Assembly: GCA_964398775.1 (NCBI GenBank)
Contig: CAYNND010000006.1
Span: 3,890-67,889, forward strand
Direction of reading: 5' to 3'
Origin: an uncultured Candidatus Saccharibacteria bacterium
GTDB taxonomy: Bacteria > Patescibacteriota > Minisyncoccia > Phycocordibacterales > UBA2100
Length of the DNA: 64,000 bases
Part shown: positions 18,072 to 26,928 of the stretch, piece after piece
Layout: every line of letters starts with the position of its first letter
How positions within the stretch are numbered: the first letter of the stretch is position 1
Notes under the pieces: model-generated
Seen by the model: only the letters and a program-made list of their open reading frames with translations
Told to the model about the DNA's origin: nothing
Databases searched by the model: none
Program-made: the position numbers and the translations under genes

Positions 18072-19031
18072 ATGGACACCACCACAAGCACACCACCAAA
18101 TAATCACGAACGACCGCTCGTTATCTACTTTAGTGCTGGAGCAATGTCAGGAGTCTTTAGTGCAGGGTTTTCAAAAGTATTTGAAGATGCTGGGCTCAAA
18201 CAGCATGTGCACAGTGTCTACGGAAACTCAGCTGGCGCGCTGACTGCTGTATATTTTGTGTCAGGGCAAGAGGAACTGGGCGCGGGGCTCTACTGGGAAG
18301 ACCTCAATGAGGATAAATACATTCGCTGGAGCAGACTTCCTGGGTATGTGTTGAAATCCTTGAGTAATGCAATTTTTCGTACACGGTTTGAGCTATTGCC
18401 TGTGTTTGATATCGACTACATAGAGCGTATTGTGCTCACGAAACGCAAATGGGACTATGAAGCGATGGTGCGCTCCGGCATCGACCTTTATATGATTGCG
18501 TACAATTTAAATACTTCCCATCATGATTACCTTAAGATAGAAGCCGAGAAAGACATCGTCCCGTCACTTCGAGCAACGGGCGGTGGGCACCCAGCATATC
18601 CTCATGCGGAACGTATCCATGGAAATCTATATGTAGATGGAGGAACAATAGACGACGAGCGACGTATCATGCGTATGATAGAGCGCCACCCAGACAAAGA
18701 AATCATCTGCGTACTCAACAACCCAAAGTGGGTAGGGGGGAAGTTTAAAAATCTCGTTAATAAGCTCTCAATCGCGGCAGTCATGTTTCCTTTTTTTGGG
18801 CTGCGAGAGGCACGGAAGACCGCAAAGTCAGATTTCAGTAATATTGATGTTGAGCGTATGAAGGCTGCACATCCGTACTTACACTTCATCGCAAACGACC
18901 TGCCCGGCTATCAGATGTCTACAAAGGCAGAGGAACATGTGATGCTCTACAAGCGTGGGCAAGAACTTGCGCGCGAGTTCCTGCTCTCAAAGCAACTGCG
19001 CCGTGTCGGGCCCTCGGTTGCGCAAATCTAG
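18072..19031 (+). CDS. patatin-like phospholipase
   Basis: GxSxG nucleophile elbow YGNSAGAL and catalytic DGG (YVDGGTID). 319 aa. Confidence 0.75.
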   Translation: MDTTTSTPPNNHERPLVIYFSAGAMSGVFSAGFSKVFEDAGLKQHVHSVYGNSAGALTAVYFVSGQEELGAGLYWEDLNEDKYIRWSRLPGYVLKSLSNAIFRTRFELLPVFDIDYIERIVLTKRKWDYEAMVRSGIDLYMIAYNLNTSHHDYLKIEAEKDIVPSLRATGGGHPAYPHAERIHGNLYVDGGTIDDERRIMRMIERHPDKEIICVLNNPKWVGGKFKNLVNKLSIAAVMFPFFGLREARKTAKSDFSNIDVERMKAAHPYLHFIANDLPGYQMSTKAEEHVMLYKRGQELAREFLLSKQLRRVGPSVAQI

Positions 19032-19150
19032 CGCTTTTGCTTTTCTGTGGTGTAACTGGTACTATGGTGGTGTCCAAGGTACATGTGCGTTGCTCCTCGT
19101 GAGTCGCTGTCGAATGTAATTCTGGAAGTTAATAAATTGATATTGCATCT

Positions 19151-19441
19151 ATGGCGACAAAATTGTTCATAGGCAACCTCGCGTATAAGACAAACGACGA
19201 TAGTCTCAAGGCTCACTTTGCACAGTGTGGAAACGTAGTTTCTGCATCTGTAGTAATGGAGCGCGAGACTGGTCGTTCACGTGGCTTCGGCTTCGTGGAG
19301 TTTGCAACAGCAGAGGAGGCAACAGCAGCAGTCGAGAAGCTCAACGGAGTTGAGCTTGACGGCCGCGCGCTCAACGTCTCTGAAGCTCGCGAGCGAGCTG
19401 ACCGCCCAGCACGTGCTCCTCAGGGAGACCGCCGCTGGTAA
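19151..19441 (+). CDS. RRM-domain RNA-binding protein
   Basis: RNP-2 LFIGNL and RNP-1 RGFGFVEF. 96 aa with an Arg-rich tail. Terminator follows. Confidence 0.85.
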   Translation: MATKLFIGNLAYKTNDDSLKAHFAQCGNVVSASVVMERETGRSRGFGFVEFATAEEATAAVEKLNGVELDGRALNVSEARERADRPARAPQGDRRW

Positions 19442-19466
19442 TATCCTCTTCACAGAGAGTTATCAC

Positions 19467-19492
19467 AAAACCCCGCGCTCGCGGGGTTTTTG
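19467..19492 (+). terminator. intrinsic terminator
   Basis: aaaaCCCCGCGctcGCGGGGttttt. Confidence 0.6.
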
Positions 19493-19540
19493 TGTGGATA
19501 CGCACATAGCTCAAACAGGATACTGTGTCACACTACTCGG

Positions 19541-20458
19541 ATGAAACGTGAGCGAGTGAAAAAAACTCCGGAAAAAAAACCAACAACGAAGATTAAAAAA
19601 ACACGACGCACTCCAAAAGTTCCGAAGGTGCAACATAGTCGATGGGCTCATCGTATGAGTGTTGTTGTAGTTGGGGTTGTATGTGTTGGGTCGCTTGCCG
19701 CCGCTACATATGTATATGGTGCACGTCCGGCACTTTACACACTCAATATGCCACGGCTTGCAGCACTGCTACATACGAATGATGCTGATGTACTCATGGA
19801 GTTAGGGAATCGCTTCCTGAGTCCAGAATCATACAATCTTGCCAAAGCGCGCCAAGCATATGGGCGTGTGCTTACCATTGACCCAGCATACCCAGGAGCA
19901 AACTATCAAATCGGAAGAACGTATTTTCTCGTCGGTGACCATGCGCTTGCACTCATGTACCTCAGTGAAGAAGAGCGACTCAGACCGGAGTTCGGGAAGG
20001 TGCATTACATGAAAGGACTTGTATACGGTTACATGAAAAAGTTTGATGAAGCAGGTAGAGAATTTCGTGCGTTCATTGAATTCGATTCTTTTAATTGGGC
20101 TGGGTACAACGACCTTGCATGGGTATATTTTTCACAAGGGTACTATGAAGATGCAGAGGCAATCGCACGCGAGGGACTCGCTCGTGCATCAGGCAACCCA
20201 TGGCTGAACAACGCAATCGGCGTTTCGCTGCTTGCACAAGGGCGAGGTCCGGAAGCGGCGCTCTACTTTAAAGATGCGCGTACAGGATTTCAAAACATGA
20301 CAGCTGCAGAGTGGGGAGGTGCATACCCAGGTAATTCACCTGACGAACATGAGCGCGGACTTGCTGCATCATTGAGTGCAGTCGAACGTAATATCGAACG
20401 TGCCGAGTCAGCGCTCCTCCCCAGTGGAAAACCTGATATACAATCAAGTCAAGAATGA
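19541..20458 (+). CDS. membrane-anchored TPR-repeat protein
   Basis: Basic N-terminus, one TM (MSVVVVGVVCVGSLAAATYVY), then TPR-like helical repeats (AKARQAYGRVLTIDPAYPGANYQIGRTYF...). Start set to the internal Met. Confidence 0.55.
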   Translation: MKRERVKKTPEKKPTTKIKKTRRTPKVPKVQHSRWAHRMSVVVVGVVCVGSLAAATYVYGARPALYTLNMPRLAALLHTNDADVLMELGNRFLSPESYNLAKARQAYGRVLTIDPAYPGANYQIGRTYFLVGDHALALMYLSEEERLRPEFGKVHYMKGLVYGYMKKFDEAGREFRAFIEFDSFNWAGYNDLAWVYFSQGYYEDAEAIAREGLARASGNPWLNNAIGVSLLAQGRGPEAALYFKDARTGFQNMTAAEWGGAYPGNSPDEHERGLAASLSAVERNIERAESALLPSGKPDIQSSQE

Positions 20459-20474
20459 TACGCTAGAGTGAAGT

Positions 20475-22052
20475 ATGAAAACAAAGCACCATCGTGTGAA
20501 AAAAATTAGTAGCACGCTCTTGATTCCAGCTGGAATCGCGCTCGCATTAGTCCTGATGGTGCTCTACAAACCTGCAGATAGCACTTTTGTCGAGATTGGA
20601 TACACTGAGCAGTCACCACTCGGAGAGACAGGAGGTGAAATTATTCCTGCATCATGTCCTTCTCACTTGCACGATGCTCCAGTCAACTATGGTGCTACCT
20701 GTTATTCAGGGGCAAATGCATGTGGTCAAACAGCCACTGGAACGATTCAGTGTAATGGGGCATGTAGCGCTGCTACCCCAGGAGTTACAACTCCTACTGG
20801 TGCTACCTACGGTGCGGCATGTACTTCAGCAGCAAATGCATGTGGTCAGACAAACACAGGAACGATTCAATGTGATGGATATTGCAGTGTCGGACAACCA
20901 GCAAACCCTGTGGGGTATGGTAATGCATGCTCAGGTCCCGCGAACAGTTGTGGTAGTACCAACTCAGGAACGTTAACGTGCTCTGGTGGTAGTCCAACAC
21001 TCTACTGTACCGCAACATCAGCTCCAGCTGATCCAGTACTCCCCGCAACATGTGGCTGTGCAAGCCCACCTGTAAACTACGGTACAGCATGTACAAGTGG
21101 CGCAAATATCTGTGGATTTACGAATACGGGTACTATTCAGTGCAATAGCACCTGCAGCGCTACAACGCCATCTGACTCACTCTGCACAAGCACCTGTGGA
21201 AATGGTGTCTGTGATGCACATGAAACTGTCGGCAGCTGCCCAGCAGACTGTCCAGGTTCAGGAACACCACTCACAGGATGGGGATGGAGTGATAACATTG
21301 GCTGGATATCAGTGAACTGTTCTGACCTTGGGACTTGTGCGACGCGTAACTATGCGCTTCGAAAAAATACTTCAAACAAAATTGTCGGATACGCATGGAG
21401 TGAGAACATCGGGTGGATTAGTGCAAACGCGTCAGAGCTTGCAGGGTGCCCAAGTGGTTCGTGTGATGTCAGTGTCTCATCGCTTGGACGTGTGTCAGGA
21501 TGGATGAAGGCATTAAACGCAGCGGGTGGCTGGGACGGATGGATTTCACTCAATGGTACAAACTATCAAACTATGCTCGAGTCAGACAACATACTTTCAA
21601 ACTGGGCATGGGGAAGTGATGTAACGGGTTGGATTCTCTGGTCAGCACAACTTTCATGTGCGCAGACAGCAGGTGATTTCTGCTCGGGAGACTTGTGGCA
21701 GCATCGTCATCCAAACTGTACTGTGACAACGGTACTCGACTGTGCTCCAAGTACATGTTCAACAAGTACAAACCAGTGTGTCGTTATGCCACCACCATCT
21801 GCAATCACGGGACTTCGTGCGACGCCACAACTCGTCTCGCCAGGAGGTACATCGGTTATAAGTTGGAACATTAAGAACGCGACCTCATGTACAGTGAGCG
21901 GTAACGGCAACTCGTGGACTGGTGTGACCGGTACTCAGACAACCAACCCTATTAACACAGTCTCAACATATACACTCAGTTGTACTGGACTCGGAGGTAA
22001 CCTTACACAGACAGCAATCATCAAGTTTGCTCCGAAGTGGCAAGAGAAGTAA
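20475..22052 (+). CDS. secreted Cys-rich repeat protein with W-rich NIGWIS repeats and a C-terminal Ig-like domain
   Basis: Signal anchor. Four ~40-aa repeats (VN)YG(A/T)ACTSGANxCGQTNTGTIQC(N/D)GxCS. Four W(S)xNIGWIS-type repeats. C-terminus ...ISWNIKNATSCTVSGNGNSW...STYTLSCTGLGG is a beta-sandwich-like pattern. Confidence 0.6.
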   Translation: MKTKHHRVKKISSTLLIPAGIALALVLMVLYKPADSTFVEIGYTEQSPLGETGGEIIPASCPSHLHDAPVNYGATCYSGANACGQTATGTIQCNGACSAATPGVTTPTGATYGAACTSAANACGQTNTGTIQCDGYCSVGQPANPVGYGNACSGPANSCGSTNSGTLTCSGGSPTLYCTATSAPADPVLPATCGCASPPVNYGTACTSGANICGFTNTGTIQCNSTCSATTPSDSLCTSTCGNGVCDAHETVGSCPADCPGSGTPLTGWGWSDNIGWISVNCSDLGTCATRNYALRKNTSNKIVGYAWSENIGWISANASELAGCPSGSCDVSVSSLGRVSGWMKALNAAGGWDGWISLNGTNYQTMLESDNILSNWAWGSDVTGWILWSAQLSCAQTAGDFCSGDLWQHRHPNCTVTTVLDCAPSTCSTSTNQCVVMPPPSAITGLRATPQLVSPGGTSVISWNIKNATSCTVSGNGNSWTGVTGTQTTNPINTVSTYTLSCTGLGGNLTQTAIIKFAPKWQEK

Positions 22053-22082
22053 GTAAATCGAACGTACAGTTCGAACATAAGT

Positions 22083-22853
22083 ATGAAAAAATCTTTCTAC
22101 GTACTATTTTTCCTACTTCCATTTTCAGCACTCGCCTGGACGGGACCATCTGCAGCACCACCAGGGAACAATATCTCTGCACCAGTAAATACAAGTAGTG
22201 CAGATCAGTTCAAGCCTGCTGTAATGGGTGCAGATATTCTAAATATCACTGGGGCAAATCAGTACTTTAATTTTGGCAATACAACCGGTTCTGCAGGTTT
22301 TGGCTTTCGAAACAATGGCGGTATTGTCGAATACAAGCAAAATGCAGGACAAAACACTGCCGCAGGGTGGACCGAGTTTGGGCAGGGACGAGGGAGTCTG
22401 ATGAAGATACGACTCGCACAGTGTGGTGGCGGTTGCGCTAGTTATCATGCACTCAATACATGGATAAATGTCTCTGGATACGGATACACATGGTCTACCG
22501 CGCTCAACACAGACTCAAGTACATTTACGCATAACAATACAGGAACAATTACTGTCTCAAAGGCTGGTGTATATCGTGTACGAGTTGGCACTATGTTTGT
22601 CCCAACTACTGATGCTGCCTATGTTTACGGATGCCCGATTATAAATGGCTCTGCAAACTGTGGGCCGCTTGGCTCTGCTGAGGGGTTGCGCCACTCATAT
22701 CATCCAGCGGGCTGGTGGGGTCAGAATATTACGTCGTTTATTTTTGAACTTACTGCTGGTACGACCGTCGGGTATGGTTACTACACACCATACACACTTT
22801 CATACTGGGCGAACGATTCCTACACGTTTCTTGAAGTAACTCGAGTTAATTAA
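22083..22853 (+). CDS. secreted fibre/adhesin-like protein, paralog family member A1 (conserved N-module plus C-terminal domain type A)
   Basis: Signal peptide, then AWTGPSAAPPGNNISAPVNTSSADQFKP...NFGNTTGSAGFGFRNNGG. 256 aa. About 65% identical to the next gene. Confidence 0.7.
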   Translation: MKKSFYVLFFLLPFSALAWTGPSAAPPGNNISAPVNTSSADQFKPAVMGADILNITGANQYFNFGNTTGSAGFGFRNNGGIVEYKQNAGQNTAAGWTEFGQGRGSLMKIRLAQCGGGCASYHALNTWINVSGYGYTWSTALNTDSSTFTHNNTGTITVSKAGVYRVRVGTMFVPTTDAAYVYGCPIINGSANCGPLGSAEGLRHSYHPAGWWGQNITSFIFELTAGTTVGYGYYTPYTLSYWANDSYTFLEVTRVN

Positions 22854-22920
22854 TAATCATACTTGTATCATGCACACAAAACTTTATATAAAAAAATATA
22901 CGAAACAGGCACAGGGAATC

Positions 22921-23688
22921 ATGTTTATCCTGCTCGTTTCTTTTTTGGGCGCAGGTTTGGTAAGTGCATGGACTGGTCCAACAGCAGTACCTCCGAACAA
23001 CAACGTTGCTGCGCCAGTAAACGTAGGAGGGGCGAACCAGTCAAAACCAGGACTCATCGGCGCAAATATTTTCAATGTCTATGGTTCAGGACAGTACATA
23101 AACTTCGGCACTACCACAGGCTCATCAGGTTTTGGCTTCCGCAACAATGGTGGCATCATAGAATATAAACAAAGTGCAGGACAAAATACTGCAGCAGGAT
23201 GGACTGAAGTGGGGAAGGGCCGTGGTAGTTATGTACGTATCGCACTCAATTACTGTGGTGGCGGTTGTGGAAGCTACCATGCGCTCAACACTTGGGTGCG
23301 CGTGTCGAATTATGGATATACATGGACAACGTATACCAATACTGACACTGCAACATTCACACCAAACGGCACTGGCACCGTCACAATAAATAAAGCAGGC
23401 GTGTATCGTATTCGCCTCCAGACAATGATGATTCCAACCGCAAGCACTGCATGGACTGCATACGGATGTCCAATGATAAACGGAGTAGAAAACTGTGGAC
23501 CACTCGGAGCGGGTGAAGGATTAAAGCACGCATATTACCCAGCAGGGTGGTGGGGACAAAACATAACTGAATTCACTTTTGAACTTTCAGCTGGAAACAC
23601 AGTAGGATATGCATACTATATCCCTGTTGCGATGAGTTACTGGGCACACGATACGTATACATTCCTCGACATACTTCGTCTGAACTAA
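22921..23688 (+). CDS. secreted fibre/adhesin-like protein, paralog A2
   Basis: Start moved to the internal Met (MFILLVSFLGAGLVSAWTGPTAVPPNNNV...). Collinear with A1 over its full length, including the GCP(I/M)ING..NCGPLG...PAGWWGQNIT C-domain. Confidence 0.65.
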   Translation: MFILLVSFLGAGLVSAWTGPTAVPPNNNVAAPVNVGGANQSKPGLIGANIFNVYGSGQYINFGTTTGSSGFGFRNNGGIIEYKQSAGQNTAAGWTEVGKGRGSYVRIALNYCGGGCGSYHALNTWVRVSNYGYTWTTYTNTDTATFTPNGTGTVTINKAGVYRIRLQTMMIPTASTAWTAYGCPMINGVENCGPLGAGEGLKHAYYPAGWWGQNITEFTFELSAGNTVGYAYYIPVAMSYWAHDTYTFLDILRLN

Positions 23689-23693
23689 ATCGT

Positions 23694-24302
23694 ATGAATC
23701 GACTTATTCTCATAATTGTGAGTGGTATCGTTGCTGGTGGGGTTGTTTGGTATATTTTCTCTCACGGGATATCTACACCACAAAAATCTCAAACCACTTC
23801 GGCTGATACTATGACCATGGAAGCGGAAGTGAAGCGAGTACTTATGTTCATGCACCCACATATAACCGAAGAAGTTGCCGATGAGTACTTGGATGAACTT
23901 AAAACTTTAAACAAGCAATATGGGTATACTTCAGGTGGTGAGCCAAAAGGGGATATTGAGACGATGCGTGCGTATGCAGGAGCAGTCGAGGTAATCCAAA
24001 AAAAGTACAACATGATGCCGCAGGCAGATACCCAGGCAGCTCCAGCGTCAGGGTACCCGCAGCCACATCTTGCACCACAACAGACCGATACAATGTACAT
24101 GCCTCCGTCACAGATAGGTAGTCAGAGCACCACTACGCAGAGCCCTGCTCTGCAAACCGCAGGCTCGCAGAAACCACTCGGTCCAACTGCAAATCCAAAC
24201 AGTGGTGCGGCAAAGGGTGGTCCGGCGTCAACTCCACCACTAATCCAGCAAGACAATCTACCTCCAGCACCTCCTGTGCCTCCTCAAATGAGTAGTGAAT
24301 AA
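23694..24302 (+). CDS. membrane-anchored Pro/Gln-rich protein
   Basis: N-terminal TM LILIIVSGIVAGGVVWYIF, a helical segment, then a P/Q/T/A-rich tail ending PPAPPVPPQMSSE. 202 aa. Confidence 0.55.
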   Translation: MNRLILIIVSGIVAGGVVWYIFSHGISTPQKSQTTSADTMTMEAEVKRVLMFMHPHITEEVADEYLDELKTLNKQYGYTSGGEPKGDIETMRAYAGAVEVIQKKYNMMPQADTQAAPASGYPQPHLAPQQTDTMYMPPSQIGSQSTTTQSPALQTAGSQKPLGPTANPNSGAAKGGPASTPPLIQQDNLPPAPPVPPQMSSE

Positions 24303-24373
24303 AAAAACTGCTTCTATCTTGAAAGGTGTGCACAGAAAACATCTATGATGTTTTGACATGATACGATACATGC

Positions 24374-25636
24374 ATGTCTAAGCGTACTTTCTTATTGGTA
24401 GTACTGTCTTGCGCGATCCCTGTTGCACTCTTTGCCTGGACAGGACCATCAGCTGCACCACCAGGAAACAATGTCTCAGCTCCAGTGAACATCGGTTCAG
24501 CCGATCAGTTCAAACCAGGTATCATGGGGGCAAATATCATCAATATTTACGGCTCAAGTCAGTATCTTAGTTTTGGGAACACCACGGGAGCGAGCGGATT
24601 TGGTATCAGAAATAATGCAGGCTATTTAGAGTTCAAAAATAGTGGTGGTGCATGGAACCGCTTCGGCCCACCATTTACTGCAGGCTTAAGTGTGAGTGGT
24701 ACTCTCGGTACGCTCTATGGTGGCTCATATCGTATCAATGCAAACGGTGACAACGCAACAGGTGGAGGAATACTCATCGCAGACGATGGAGGCTTCTTTG
24801 ACTATAATGACGGGTGGGTTACATTTAACGGTTCAACAGGCATCAAGATTGCAGGAAATAATGGTGCGGCAAGTCAGGGCAATCAGCTACAGGTGAATGG
24901 AAGAATCGATGCAAATTCCTATGGAGGTAACGGGGGAATCATCTCATCAGGAAATTATGGTGGAACAGGAACCGCTGCATATTTTCCCTCAGGCATCTGG
25001 GCAAATGGTGCAAGTTCATGGCTCTATGGGACCATCTATACAAATGGACAGGTATACGATACTGCGGTTGGTACAGTGCGCGATGCGGGGGGTGGCTGGA
25101 TTCGTACCTATGGTGCAACTGGGTGGTACTCACAAACGTATGGAGGTGGCTGGCATATGTCCGACACGACATGGCTCAGAGCATACGGGAACAAAAATGT
25201 CTATACACCAGGCACAATCAGAGGTGATGCATCGCTCGACTCAAACAATCTCTGCGACCCTGCACACTCATATTGCTCAACGATATATGGTTTGTGGTAT
25301 GTGCATACGTACTACTATTCTGACAAACGGTTGAAAAAAGATATTAAAGATATGTCAGATGATTATGGTCTTGGAGCAATCATGAAGCTACGCCCTGTGC
25401 AATTTACATGGAAAGACAAAACTTCTTCAGAAAAACTTGGTCCACAAATTGGTCTCATCGCACAAGAAGTTGAACAAGTGATTCCTGAGGCTGTGGATAC
25501 TATGCCAAGTAAGGAAATTACTAACGAAGATGGCACGAAAGAAACAATTGAAAATCCAAAATCAGTCACGCATCAGAACCTTGTTGTACCGCTGATTAAG
25601 TATGCACAAGACTTAAAAGCACTCAACGATGTGTAA
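24374..25636 (+). CDS. secreted fibre protein with the conserved N-module and a C-terminal S74-type intramolecular chaperone (tail-fibre/endosialidase auto-processing) domain
   Basis: N-terminus FAWTGPSAAPPGNNVSAPVNIG...FGNTTGASGFGIRNNAG. Gly/Asn-rich middle. C-terminus YYSDKRLKKDIKD...LRPVQFTWKD...GLIAQEVEQVIPEAV matches the SDxRLKxNI / GxIAQEV..V.PE.V signature of the phage tail-spike chaperone domain. Confidence 0.75.
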   Translation: MSKRTFLLVVLSCAIPVALFAWTGPSAAPPGNNVSAPVNIGSADQFKPGIMGANIINIYGSSQYLSFGNTTGASGFGIRNNAGYLEFKNSGGAWNRFGPPFTAGLSVSGTLGTLYGGSYRINANGDNATGGGILIADDGGFFDYNDGWVTFNGSTGIKIAGNNGAASQGNQLQVNGRIDANSYGGNGGIISSGNYGGTGTAAYFPSGIWANGASSWLYGTIYTNGQVYDTAVGTVRDAGGGWIRTYGATGWYSQTYGGGWHMSDTTWLRAYGNKNVYTPGTIRGDASLDSNNLCDPAHSYCSTIYGLWYVHTYYYSDKRLKKDIKDMSDDYGLGAIMKLRPVQFTWKDKTSSEKLGPQIGLIAQEVEQVIPEAVDTMPSKEITNEDGTKETIENPKSVTHQNLVVPLIKYAQDLKALNDV

Positions 25637-25754
25637 CAGAAAAAATAGATGCCCCCAAGAAACAGGTCAGAGAGTTGCAGTCACGGTAGACATATACACA
25701 TATAGAAGCGTAGGAGTGACAGCCCCTGCGGGGAAAGTGCTACGATGGTAGGGT

Positions 25755-26477
25755 ATGCACCGAATCATCACTATTATTTGCGCTGTACTTTTTCCAGCAG
25801 CACTCTTTGCATGGACAGGTCCGACAGCTGCACCACCTGGAAACAACATCGCTGCGCCAGTCAACGTCGGCGGTACTGACCAGTTCAAGCCTGCAATTGT
25901 CGGCGCGAACATTGTCAACATTTACGGTTCAAACCAGTATTTGAACTTTGGTAACACAACTGGTTCAACAGGATACGGTATCCGCAACAACGGAGGGAAG
26001 CTCGAGGCAAAGAACTCAGGTGGCGCATGGATTAAGCTTATAGATAAGCCATGGTTTGTCGCAAGTGGCGATGGATACGGCTGGCAGGGACAATCAGCAG
26101 GTACGTGGCTCTACCCAACAACACTCACAACCTTACGAGGCAATGCAACCGCAAGTTACAACCCTGCAACGGCGCTCTTCACAGCACCTGAAGCAGGTCT
26201 CTATTTCTGTTTCTTCCAGGGGTATAAGAGTTATACAGCTGCAGGGTATCACCATACCATTTCAACATGTAATGGCACGGTCTGTAATGGTTTTGGTAGC
26301 TGGGACTATACACTCGCATCACAGGGGTATACCTCATATGACCAATCAACATCACAAATCTCTGGAATCTATAACCTCGCACTCGGGGAAACAATTGGCT
26401 TTCGTATGTACTCTGAACAAGCAAACAGCTACTCATACTACCCACCATACTCACGCACGGGATGCGCAAAATTGTAA
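25755..26477 (+). CDS. secreted fibre/adhesin-like protein, paralog B1 (conserved N-module plus C1q/TNF-like C-domain)
   Basis: FAWTGPTAAPPGNNIAAPVNVG...NFGNTTGSTGYGIRNNGG. C-domain FTAPEAGLYFCFF...YYPPYSRTGCAKL. 240 aa. Confidence 0.7.
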   Translation: MHRIITIICAVLFPAALFAWTGPTAAPPGNNIAAPVNVGGTDQFKPAIVGANIVNIYGSNQYLNFGNTTGSTGYGIRNNGGKLEAKNSGGAWIKLIDKPWFVASGDGYGWQGQSAGTWLYPTTLTTLRGNATASYNPATALFTAPEAGLYFCFFQGYKSYTAAGYHHTISTCNGTVCNGFGSWDYTLASQGYTSYDQSTSQISGIYNLALGETIGFRMYSEQANSYSYYPPYSRTGCAKL

Positions 26478-26917
26478 CTATGAGTAAAACACTATTCATC
26501 ACAATAGTCCTTATTGCAACGCTTGCAGGCGCGTGGTGGTTTTTAAGTACTGACTCAGGCTCATCGAGTATCATAGGAGTACCGGTTCACAAAGAGGAAA
26601 AAGCTGAACCACCAAACTTACCGAAGCCACCAAGTTTTGTTGAGCGAGTACTGAAGGACAATCCACATATTTCAAGAGAGACTGCAGAGCAATATGAAGC
26701 TGAGCGCATACAAACAAATGTCGCGCATCAAGAGTATCGTGTGCGCGTCTTAAAAGAAAAAAAAGTGAGCGACCCTGAGGAGATGATTGCAATTGAACAG
26801 GGTTTGGCACTTGAGCTGCAGGCACAATTTGAACAGCTTGAAGCAAAATACAATATCCATATGCAGCAGGGGAAGCCTGGTTTTATTGGGGCACCGATTC
26901 CGCCCCCACTCCCATAG
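26462..26917 (+). CDS. membrane-anchored Pro-rich small protein
   Basis: TM LFITIVLIATLAGAWWFL, a helical acidic middle, and a C-terminus GKPGFIGAPIPPPLP. The start may be the internal Met at about 26480. Confidence 0.5.
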   Translation: MRKIVTMSKTLFITIVLIATLAGAWWFLSTDSGSSSIIGVPVHKEEKAEPPNLPKPPSFVERVLKDNPHISRETAEQYEAERIQTNVAHQEYRVRVLKEKKVSDPEEMIAIEQGLALELQAQFEQLEAKYNIHMQQGKPGFIGAPIPPPLP

Positions 26918-26928
26918 TAGATGTATAT

